Source: a virus (taxonomy: Duplodnaviria; Heunggongvirae; Uroviricota; Caudoviricetes). From it: a stretch of DNA of 18,566 bases. The DNA lies in the IMG/VR virus record IMGVR_UViG_3300049811_000196, positions 64,001 to 82,566 of that record. One strand, given 5' to 3'. This document shows positions 8,706-16,099 of the stretch, one piece after another. The notes beneath the pieces were generated by a model that had not been told where the DNA came from, did no database searches, and saw only the letters and a list, made by a program, of their open reading frames with translations. Position numbers and translations under genes: made by a program. The first letter of the stretch is position 1; each line of letters starts with the position of its first letter.

Positions 8706-9769
8706 ACTAACTCTTCCTCCTTTTTCATTCTTTCTAACGATTTTTGAATTGTTTCCATTCTTTTATTTTTTAATGATGCAAATATTGACAATATATTTCC
8801 TTCTGTAATAGAACTATCATAAGGTAAAAGGGTCTCTTTCATTTTATCTTTTACCTCATCAGTAAGTTCTACTCCTTCTAACCAAGCTAAAATATACGTC
8901 CCGACGATTTCTGCAATTTTATTACTATCATATGTCCACATACCATTCTCCGATAACCAATCTGGTTCCATATTTGGTATTTTTCCGACCACGGGGACAC
9001 CACATTTCATCGATTCTAATGGAAATGTACCGAATGTAGATTCATCATCAACCCAAACAGAAACAAAACATTCTTTTAGTGCTTCAGCAAATTCATCATA
9101 TGTTAATTGAACCATATCTTTAAATGTAATCCAACGCAATTGTGGGTATTTTAAATAAAATTCTGATATGATTTTTTTACTTGTGTTTCTATCTCGACAT
9201 GAAATCGCGATATATGGTTTTAATGGTAATTCCGAAGGTTTAAAATTATCCCCAATCATTGGCGGAATGATATAAACTAACGATTCAGGAAAGTATTCTA
9301 ATATATATTTTTTTGAATTTTCAGTTGTTGTAATAACCTTGTCAAATCCAAAATCACTCCACCTACTACCAATAGGTAATGTTTCGAAAATATATTCTTT
9401 TTGTTGGATAAGCATCACCTTCACACACTTTAAATTCATCAATTGTTGTAATGCATTTGAATAGATTTCGGGTACAACTAAAATATCATCTATTTGAATT
9501 TGAGGTTTGTCGTCTTTGATTGACACAACCTCGATATCGTTATATTTATCCCCTAACCAACCGGATACTCCTCCGTATGTGTTATCTTCAACTAAGATTT
9601 TGGGAAAAAATCCATTTTCCTTAAGAGTATAAGCTAAATCATATATGTACTTTACCGCAGCTCTCGGATTATTTTTTGTATCGTAGGTTAAAAAGTAAAT
9701 TTTACTTTCATTGTTTATTAACCTATTAATGGAATCCTCTAATGTCTCTATTTTTTCTTTATTATTCAT
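8702..9769 (-). CDS. Glycosyltransferase, GT-B fold (GT4-like)
   Basis: C-terminal STFGTFPLESMKCGVPVVG (FG-x-P-x-E-x-M-x2-G-x-PV) and N-terminal IYDLAYTLKENGF. The track start is 9781; ATG 9769 (MNNKEKIE) is preferred because it gives a smaller overlap. Confidence 0.8.
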   Translation of the reverse strand: MNNKEKIETLEDSINRLINNESKIYFLTYDTKNNPRAAVKYIYDLAYTLKENGFFPKILVEDNTYGGVSGWLGDKYNDIEVVSIKDDKPQIQIDDILVVPEIYSNALQQLMNLKCVKVMLIQQKEYIFETLPIGSRWSDFGFDKVITTTENSKKYILEYFPESLVYIIPPMIGDNFKPSELPLKPYIAISCRDRNTSKKIISEFYLKYPQLRWITFKDMVQLTYDEFAEALKECFVSVWVDDESTFGTFPLESMKCGVPVVGKIPNMEPDWLSENGMWTYDSNKIAEIVGTYILAWLEGVELTDEVKDKMKETLLPYDSSITEGNILSIFASLKNKRMETIQKSLERMKKEEELV

Positions 9770-10043
9770 AATCAACATCAAAAATTAAAATATCGTTTTT
9801 TATTAAAGTATTTACTGCAATATCAAATGATAAATTATCTTTTTCCCCATCGGAAGAAAATAATTTAGAATCAACCTCTTCATCATTAAATTCATTTAAG
9901 ACCCTATCAATACACATTTTCATTAACTCATATTTAAAGATGTTGATATTACCATCATCTTTTTTGTCTTCATCATAGACTTTACATTTTTCCATAGCAT
10001 TATCTAAATCTAGGTAGTAACCTCTTCCAAACAATTCTGCCAT
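9762..10043 (-). CDS. Acidic hypothetical protein
   Basis: 93 aa ORF overlapping both neighbours in the operon. Confidence 0.75.
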   Translation of the reverse strand: MAELFGRGYYLDLDNAMEKCKVYDEDKKDDGNINIFKYELMKMCIDRVLNEFNDEEVDSKLFSSDGEKDNLSFDIAVNTLIKNDILIFDVDYE

Positions 10044-10615
10044 AATTCTTGTATTTCAGATAATTTAGTTATTTCTTTATTGTAAGTAAAGAATTTATTG
10101 TAATCGGTATTAAACTTAATTACTTTTTTATTTGTTGGGCACAAATCTATGATGTCTTTATTGTCCGTGATCCATAAATCACATTGTTCCCATAGTTTAG
10201 GGATATCTTCTATTTTTGAAAATTTAATATTATTACCCAAAAACCCGTTCTTGGAAAGAAAAAATAATGTTGCGGGTTTTGCTTTACCAAACTCATTTAA
10301 ACCAATGATGGTAAAATTAATTTCGGGGTTTTTATATATAATCTTATTCAATTCAGAAAATGTGTTTGAATAACTTAACCCCGCGTGTCCGAATATCTCA
10401 ATTGGATATTCGATAAATAAAAAATTTTCGTATTCTTCTACCGATTGAAATTTATAAGACGACAATAAATCGTTATTGTTAATGGGTTCAATAACATTAT
10501 ATTCGAATTCTACCTCATTTTCAAATTCGGAGTTAAGAAACGCGTCTTTGTAGTGGTAATCTAATTTTTGTACTGTATTTCGTAATACCCCATCAATACT
10601 TATGAAAACATCCAT
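10010..10615 (-). CDS. HAD-superfamily 5'(3')-nucleotidase-like protein with degenerate catalytic motifs
   Basis: Motif I FISIDGVLRN (canonical DxDGVL), KPATLFFLSK segment, motif IV CDLWITDN (canonical D-x-x-IDD), followed by VIKFNTDYNK. Confidence 0.7.
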   Translation of the reverse strand: MDVFISIDGVLRNTVQKLDYHYKDAFLNSEFENEVEFEYNVIEPINNNDLLSSYKFQSVEEYENFLFIEYPIEIFGHAGLSYSNTFSELNKIIYKNPEINFTIIGLNEFGKAKPATLFFLSKNGFLGNNIKFSKIEDIPKLWEQCDLWITDNKDIIDLCPTNKKVIKFNTDYNKFFTYNKEITKLSEIQELWQNCLEEVTT

Positions 10616-10621
10616 AAGTGG

Positions 10622-10650
10622 AATATAACAACATAACGTTTATGTGTAAA
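10622..10650 (-). promoter_or_regulatory. Sigma70-type promoter TTTACA-N17-TATATT, 6 nt before ATG 10615 (leaderless or near-leaderless)
   Basis: Minus strand: GAC-TTTACA-CATAAACGTTATGTTGT-TATATT-CCACTT-ATG; 5/6 match to both TTGACA and TATAAT with a 17-nt spacer. Confidence 0.55.
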
Positions 10651-10676
10651 GTCTATTTACTTTAGGAATATCTTGG

Positions 10677-10684
10677 ATATTTAT
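10677..10684 (+). promoter_or_regulatory. ATATTTAT motif 4 nt upstream of ATG 10689
   Basis: Plus strand: GG-ATATTTAT-AGAT-ATG. Confidence 0.55.
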
Positions 10685-10688
10685 AGAT

Positions 10689-11687
10689 ATGAAAAAAAGA
10701 AAACTGTGGTCATTAAAAGAAATTGATTTTTTAATTAAAAATTTTGATGATAAAACAAACGTGGAATTATCTAAAAAATTAGAAAGAACAGAAAGATCGG
10801 TAGCTAAAAAAGCTAATATTTTAGGGTTAAAAAAAAGTAAAAATCATAAATCAAAATGTATCGCTAAAAGAAATAAAATGGTTGGGAGAGATATAACCGT
10901 AGAGTTAATTATTAAAGAATCTAAAAAATATAAAACTAAATCCGAGTTCCAAAGAAAAGATCCGTCACTGTACTCTGCTGCCAGAAGATTAAATGTGCTA
11001 AATGATGTATGTGAACATATGATACCTCAGTCATTTAGTATACCTCAATTGATATTAAAAGAAATTTTAACTCAATTATTAAATGTAAAAATAATTTATA
11101 ATAGTAGAAGAATTATTAAACCATATGAGTTAGATATTTACATACCTGATTATAATATCGCATTTGAATACAACGGTAAATTATGGCATAACTCCAATCA
11201 AAATGATTTAAAAAAACAAATGATTTGTAATGAAAAGAACATTAAGTTATTTACAATTAAGGAAAATAATAGAAAATATGAAATAGAAATAAAAAATCAA
11301 ATAATAATGTTATTACCAGAAATAAATAACATAACTAATTTAAATTTGGTAAAAGATGATGTGAATAACATCATTCTTGGTGATGTTTTTAGTGAAATTT
11401 ATAATTATAGATCATTGCATGAGGTATGTAAAAAATATACATCATTTAAATCTTTTATTGAAAATGAAAAAAGTATTTACAGAAAAATATTAAAAATTAA
11501 AAAAATTGATGAATTTACTTCACACATGAAGGATAGGAGAAAAAGAAGAACTACAGATGAAATTGCTGCCATAATATCAAAGTACGAATTCTTACTTGAT
11601 TTAATTAAGAATGATCAATCAACATATAGTTATATTAAAAAGTTTAATTTAAATTATTTATTAGAACCTTTAAAAAGAAAAAGATGA
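10689..11687 (+). CDS. Free-standing putative homing endonuclease: PD-(D/E)xK/Vsr-like nuclease core flanked by helical DNA-binding repeats
   Basis: Core YELDIYIPDYNIAFEYNGKLWH...DLKKQMICNEKNIKLFTI; N-terminal Myb/HTH-like WSLKEIDFL...ELSKKLERTERSV; KY-x-(T/S)-x-x-(E/S)F...Y...HM repeats; single gene in the opposite orientation to the backbone. Confidence 0.75.
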   Translation: MKKRKLWSLKEIDFLIKNFDDKTNVELSKKLERTERSVAKKANILGLKKSKNHKSKCIAKRNKMVGRDITVELIIKESKKYKTKSEFQRKDPSLYSAARRLNVLNDVCEHMIPQSFSIPQLILKEILTQLLNVKIIYNSRRIIKPYELDIYIPDYNIAFEYNGKLWHNSNQNDLKKQMICNEKNIKLFTIKENNRKYEIEIKNQIIMLLPEINNITNLNLVKDDVNNIILGDVFSEIYNYRSLHEVCKKYTSFKSFIENEKSIYRKILKIKKIDEFTSHMKDRRKRRTTDEIAAIISKYEFLLDLIKNDQSTYSYIKKFNLNYLLEPLKRKR

Positions 11688-12413
11688 TTAAACATCAGAA
11701 TATCTTTCTAAGATTTGACCAATAATTGGGTTTCTAACAATGTCTTTACTACCAAATTCAAATATAGCAACTTCTTTCATAGATTCTAATCTTCGTTTTG
11801 CATCGTACAAACCAGATTTGGTTTTATCTCTAAATTTGTCAGTTTGTTCAATGTCTCCTGTTATAAAAAATTTACTATTAAATCCTATTCTTGTTAAAAT
11901 CAACTTCATTTCGACAGGTGTAGTATTTTGACCTTCTTCAACAATTAAAATCGCGTTATCAATATTATATCCCCTTAAATGACTTATACTCAAAATTTCA
12001 ACAATACCTAAATCCTTTAATTTTTCAAGTTCTTCTTTACCAATAATTTTATTTAATAAATAATATGATGGAATAATATATGGATCCAATTTTGCGTTTA
12101 AATCGCCAGGTAAATGACCTATTTCTGTTCCAGCAACAACAGGGGGTCTTGCTAGTACAATTTTTTCGTATTTATTATCTTCTTCCCATAATAAATCTAT
12201 CGCCTTTTTTAGAGTGACGTAACTTTTTCCAGTACCACTAGGTCCAATACATATTGTTATTTGATTTTCTCCCAATACCTTCCAATATTCTTCTTGGGAT
12301 TTTGTTAAAAATTTTTCTTTTGGTTTTTTTATTAGTTCTCTTATTCTTTGTTTCTGTGGTGTTGCTTTATCTTCTGTTACTTTAGTTCCGGGCTTACTTT
12401 TTTGTTTTATCAA
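11688..12413 (-). CDS. phoH: PhoH-like ATPase
   Basis: Walker A GPSGTGKS, LARPPV, IGHLPGDLNAKLDPY, LRG, EEGQN, TRIGFNSKFFITGDIEQTD, DIVRNP; TTG start. Confidence 0.95.
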   Translation of the reverse strand: MIKQKSKPGTKVTEDKATPQKQRIRELIKKPKEKFLTKSQEEYWKVLGENQITICIGPSGTGKSYVTLKKAIDLLWEEDNKYEKIVLARPPVVAGTEIGHLPGDLNAKLDPYIIPSYYLLNKIIGKEELEKLKDLGIVEILSISHLRGYNIDNAILIVEEGQNTTPVEMKLILTRIGFNSKFFITGDIEQTDKFRDKTKSGLYDAKRRLESMKEVAIFEFGSKDIVRNPIIGQILERYSDV

Positions 12414-12433
12414 TTTCTAATGGTTTTATTCAA

Positions 12434-12441
12434 ATAAATAT
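12434..12441 (-). promoter_or_regulatory. ATATTTAT motif 20 nt upstream of the phoH TTG
   Basis: Minus strand: TGA-AG-ATATTTAT-TTGAATAAAACCATTAGAAA-TTG, in the 30-nt gap after dut. Confidence 0.4.
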
Positions 12442-12443
12442 CT

Positions 12444-13013
12444 TCATTTTCCAGTACTGCCAAAACCACCATCAGATCTTTCGGTTTCCGATAAATCATC
12501 AACTTCAATAAATTGGATTTTAGGGTATGGTAGAATAATTATTTGAGCTCCTCTTTCTCCGATACTATATAATTTAGCATTTTCATCATATTTCCTGAAA
12601 GTTGACATTAGTTCCCCGCGATACCCCGAGTCTATTATTCCAACACAGTTCGTTAAAGATAAATCGTAATTTCTAACAGAAGACCTTGGAAAGATAAGTC
12701 CGACATACCCATAGGGTATTTCCACAGAAATACCGAAACCGTAGGTTATTTTTGTGTCGTCATTTGAATATATTGACGTTATTGTCAAATCCATCCCAGC
12801 ATCTCCATCTTTTGAATAAGATGGAGATACTGCATCAGGATGGATTTTTTTAAATCTAACATCTAATTTTGGTTGATTAAATGTTTGATTAAAGACATTA
12901 AATAACGAATCGATTTCTTTTAAAAAAGACAAATCATCTGATTTATCATCATTTAATTTATCTTCATATTCTTTAATTTTTGCAAATAATTCGGACATCT
13001 TTTCTTCCATCAT
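12444..13013 (-). CDS. dut: Trimeric dUTPase with ~48-aa N-terminal extension
   Basis: All five motifs: AGMDL, PRSS, GIIDSGYRGEL, ERGAQII, ERSDGGFGSTG. Confidence 0.96.
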   Translation of the reverse strand: MMEEKMSELFAKIKEYEDKLNDDKSDDLSFLKEIDSLFNVFNQTFNQPKLDVRFKKIHPDAVSPSYSKDGDAGMDLTITSIYSNDDTKITYGFGISVEIPYGYVGLIFPRSSVRNYDLSLTNCVGIIDSGYRGELMSTFRKYDENAKLYSIGERGAQIIILPYPKIQFIEVDDLSETERSDGGFGSTGK

Positions 13014-13243
13014 AAAACCATTTGTCTTTTTTCTTTTACAACTTTAAGCAACCATTCATCCATTTTCCTAACTCTATTTTTCAAATCTTCATCGGCAGGT
13101 CTAATACAGTATTCAACAAAAACATCGGTTATTCTTTGTAATTCTTCGACACTTACTTGAATACCCAAGGACGTTACATAATCAAAAGCTAATTTGATTT
13201 GTGATTGCCTAACTATTTGGATTTGATTACTATAAAATTCCAT
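13010..13243 (-). CDS. Hypothetical protein
   Basis: 77 aa helical ORF (IVRQSQIKLA...); ATGA overlap with dut. Confidence 0.75.
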   Translation of the reverse strand: MEFYSNQIQIVRQSQIKLAFDYVTSLGIQVSVEELQRITDVFVEYCIRPADEDLKNRVRKMDEWLLKVVKEKRQMVL

Positions 13244-13246
13244 ATT

Positions 13247-13266
13247 ATTTATTTATTTATTTATTT
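13247..13266. repeat. (ATTT)5 microsatellite spanning an intergenic gap and a stop codon
   Basis: Five perfect ATTT units read directly; (AAAT)5 on the coding strand. Confidence 0.85.
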
Positions 13267-13491
13267 ATAAAGTTCTGGTGTATTTTTTTTATCTAAAATA
13301 CATTCAATTTGCATCTTAACGATAGAAATACTTTCCGAAGATCTAATATCTCCCGCCCTGTATTTAGACGCAATTATTGTTGCCTCCTCAACGGATTCCG
13401 CTTGAATAATGTATTTAAGTTTTTGTAATCTAGGATTTCCATTTCGATCCATTTGTTCTGTTTCATACCCGATTGTGACTAAGTAATGCAT
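13261..13491 (-). CDS. Small protein resembling DUF4494 (Bacteroidota-associated)
   Basis: YLVTIGYE...NGNPRLQKLKYIIQAESVEEA resembles the Y...G..K....YLV.A.S..EA pattern I associate with DUF4494; judged by eye only. Confidence 0.6.
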   Translation of the reverse strand: MHYLVTIGYETEQMDRNGNPRLQKLKYIIQAESVEEATIIASKYRAGDIRSSESISIVKMQIECILDKKNTPELYK

Positions 13492-13503
13492 AATTGTTTG
13501 TTT

Positions 13504-14730
13504 TTAATTATTAATAATACTTTTAAAAAATTGAATACGATCTTTACTTACATTTTTTAATGAATATTTGTCTTTAACTGTTTCATATAACCTATTACCC
13601 AAATCTTCAATCATGTTCGGATTTTCGATCAATTTTTTCATATGTTGAGCCCATTGTTTATGATTTTTCTTTGGTGATACAAGAAGAGAATTACCTTTAC
13701 CATTAAATTTTCCTTCGGAAATACCTGAAATTAAATCCAAGGTATACGGTTTTACTTCACTTGCAATTAATGCTTTTTTATGAAATCCGGCCTCAATTAC
13801 CTTTAATTGAGATTTACTTTCATTAAATAATGATTCCACTAAAGGAGCCAAAGAAACGTCGAAATAATTGTAATTAGATGCATATGTATCAATATTTCTC
13901 GTCCACCTTCTTACATAAGGTTTATCCAAATCATTATATGGAGATTCAACAAAATTAAAAAGATATGTTTTATAGTCCATATCCAAAACCCTGTACTTAT
14001 CGGTAAAAATACTTTCGTATTTAAACCAAACCGTTTCAAGTGGTTGTATTGGTCTTTGTCTTTCTTCTCCTGTTTCTTTGTTGTATTCCGTAACCGTACC
14101 CCTTGTATCAAATCCACATAAAACAAACTGTATTTTATCTTTAAATTGATTATGGATTGTTGAAATCCCACTTTCCAATAATTCAATATCCGCCAAATGG
14201 CTTGACCCACCAAGCCAACCAAATCTGATTTTTTCAGAACTAATTTTATTGGGTTGAAATTGTGGTTCTTCGTCATTTACTGCATTTGGGAAAATGATAA
14301 TATTTTTAATATTTAATCTTTGTTTTATTGTTTCCGCAAATATTGGTGTTGTTGTTGCTACATAATCAGAACTTTTTAATAGTTCAACTCTTTTCTCAGC
14401 GACATTTCCCGCCTTTATTGCATAATATAAAGGATGTCTTTGATCTACAAACCAAAGATCATCAATATCCATTATTGTTTTTATTCCATTTTCCTTTAAC
14501 CATTTTAATCTATTGACATTATGTTGGTGAGATAATTTATGAATGAAACTATGAAAATACACAATGTCATAATTTCTAAAAAAATCGTCATTATTTGGAA
14601 CATCTAATGAAATATCAACATGAATTTCATCGGAATAATTGTCTGAAATGTATTTAAATGGATCTAAAATTCTAAATTTTCCAACACCGAATTGGTCTGA
14701 TGGAATTGCTAATACTCTTATTTTTGGCAT
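13504..14730 (-). CDS. Glycosyltransferase, GT-B fold (GT4-like)
   Basis: GVGKFRILDP, IMDIDDLW, RFGWLGGSSHLAD, and DVSLAPLVESLFNESKSQLKVIEAGFHKKALIASEVKPY (APL...FN..KS.LK..E signature). Confidence 0.88.
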   Translation of the reverse strand: MPKIRVLAIPSDQFGVGKFRILDPFKYISDNYSDEIHVDISLDVPNNDDFFRNYDIVYFHSFIHKLSHQHNVNRLKWLKENGIKTIMDIDDLWFVDQRHPLYYAIKAGNVAEKRVELLKSSDYVATTTPIFAETIKQRLNIKNIIIFPNAVNDEEPQFQPNKISSEKIRFGWLGGSSHLADIELLESGISTIHNQFKDKIQFVLCGFDTRGTVTEYNKETGEERQRPIQPLETVWFKYESIFTDKYRVLDMDYKTYLFNFVESPYNDLDKPYVRRWTRNIDTYASNYNYFDVSLAPLVESLFNESKSQLKVIEAGFHKKALIASEVKPYTLDLISGISEGKFNGKGNSLLVSPKKNHKQWAQHMKKLIENPNMIEDLGNRLYETVKDKYSLKNVSKDRIQFFKSIINN

Positions 14731-14830
14731 TAATTGTTATATTATATGTAGAAATAATAACAAAAACTTTTAAATAAAAAAAATGTACCCTCTTTATTTT
14801 AAATAAAAAGTTCAATAATATTAAACTTAT

Positions 14831-15535
14831 ATGAAAGATATTTTTAATAGTGCATATAATATGTTTAACAGCTTTTTAGAAAAAAAAATTGATGATTACT
14901 GGAATAATTTTGGTTATGAGGTAAGAAGAAATCAATGTATGTCATTGATTAATTCATTGAATGATAGATTTAATTTTGAAACATTGAGAGTATTAGAAAC
15001 CGGCGTTTCACAATCTTATAGAGATAGTTTATGGGGATTATTCCTTGGATTTGCAACAGGATTAACTAATGGTAAAATGGATGCTGTCGATATAAATGAA
15101 TTATATGCAGAAAATTCAAATAAACTTTTTAAAGGAATAATACCAAATTTGGATTACCAAACACATGTGCAAGATTCCATATTATTTTTAGAAAACTATC
15201 AACATCAACCAAATATTGTACACTTGGATAGTTGGGATTTAGACTTAAAAAATCCTTTACCATCTGCATTGCATGGATGGAAAGAATTTGTTGCAATTAA
15301 GAATAAAGTACCGAAGGGTGGTATTATTATTATCGACGACAACTATATAGATAAAACATGGATTGAATGGAATTACCCGAATGGGTATTCAGAAAAAATT
15401 GTAACTCAGTACCCCATGACAGGTAAAGGATCATTAATTTATCACCACGTTATTGAAGGAAAAGATGATTGGGAATTGATTGGTACGCATTACAATGATC
15501 ATACAAACATAAAAATAATAATTCAAAAAATTTAA
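14831..15535 (+). CDS. Class I SAM-dependent methyltransferase (Methyltransf_24-like)
   Basis: VLETG (motif I), AVDIN (acidic end of strand 2), QDSILFL, IVHLDS, PKGGIIIIDD. Confidence 0.82.
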   Translation: MKDIFNSAYNMFNSFLEKKIDDYWNNFGYEVRRNQCMSLINSLNDRFNFETLRVLETGVSQSYRDSLWGLFLGFATGLTNGKMDAVDINELYAENSNKLFKGIIPNLDYQTHVQDSILFLENYQHQPNIVHLDSWDLDLKNPLPSALHGWKEFVAIKNKVPKGGIIIIDDNYIDKTWIEWNYPNGYSEKIVTQYPMTGKGSLIYHHVIEGKDDWELIGTHYNDHTNIKIIIQKI

Positions 15536-16095
15536 GACTTTTTTGACTTATTCACCCCTGTAATTTTACCTTTAAAAATAGAATCTCCTACTTTAAGCAC
15601 TAAGGTTTCATTAATTGACTTTGTTTCCTGTGCGGTCAATATTTGATTTAATTTTTCATCTAAAACTTTTCTAACAACATTTTCAACGATTGTTGTGATA
15701 AGATTAATGTCTAAATTAGATGTGTTGTGTGATTGTTTTGGTTTTTCGGATTTTGATGATAGACCCTCTCTCTCCATTAATTTTTTTGCCCCTTTAATAA
15801 AACTCATATCCAATGTATCGTTTAATGATACTTGTGGTATTGGATTTTCAATCATCGCCTTTTTAATTGCATCGGGTAATTTTGATTGATTTATTCTGTC
15901 TACATCAACCATTTGTTTACTATAATTTGTAGGTGGAGTGACTATTTTGGCAACTTCTTCGGGATCAGATCTTAATATATCTTCATTCACATTTCCTTTT
16001 TCAAAATCACCAATCTCTACTTTATCCATTACTTTTTTAGCTCTGACTAATCTACTCATTAAATCGTTTTGTGATATTGATCCTTGTTGTGACAT
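15532..16095 (-). CDS. Hypothetical phage protein
   Basis: 187 aa; SKLPDAIKKAMIENPI segment, C-terminal short beta-hairpin (LVLKVGDSIFKGKI). Confidence 0.8.
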   Translation of the reverse strand: MSQQGSISQNDLMSRLVRAKKVMDKVEIGDFEKGNVNEDILRSDPEEVAKIVTPPTNYSKQMVDVDRINQSKLPDAIKKAMIENPIPQVSLNDTLDMSFIKGAKKLMEREGLSSKSEKPKQSHNTSNLDINLITTIVENVVRKVLDEKLNQILTAQETKSINETLVLKVGDSIFKGKITGVNKSKKS

Positions 16096-16099
16096 AATA

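Noticed and set aside
14768-14809. 13-bp direct repeat TTTTAAATAAAAA (14768-14780 and 14797-14809) and weak -10 boxes in the GT/methyltransferase divergent gap
   Set aside because: Pure A/T sequence in a very AT-rich intergenic region; there is no convincing -35 for the TATAAT at 14741-14746, so it cannot be distinguished from chance.
14831-15535. Methyltransferase as a DNA methylase of a restriction-modification or anti-restriction system
   Set aside because: It lacks DPPY/NPPY/SPPY or PCQ catalytic motifs; the LDS and GGIIIIDD pattern fits small-molecule/sugar Methyltransf_24-like enzymes.
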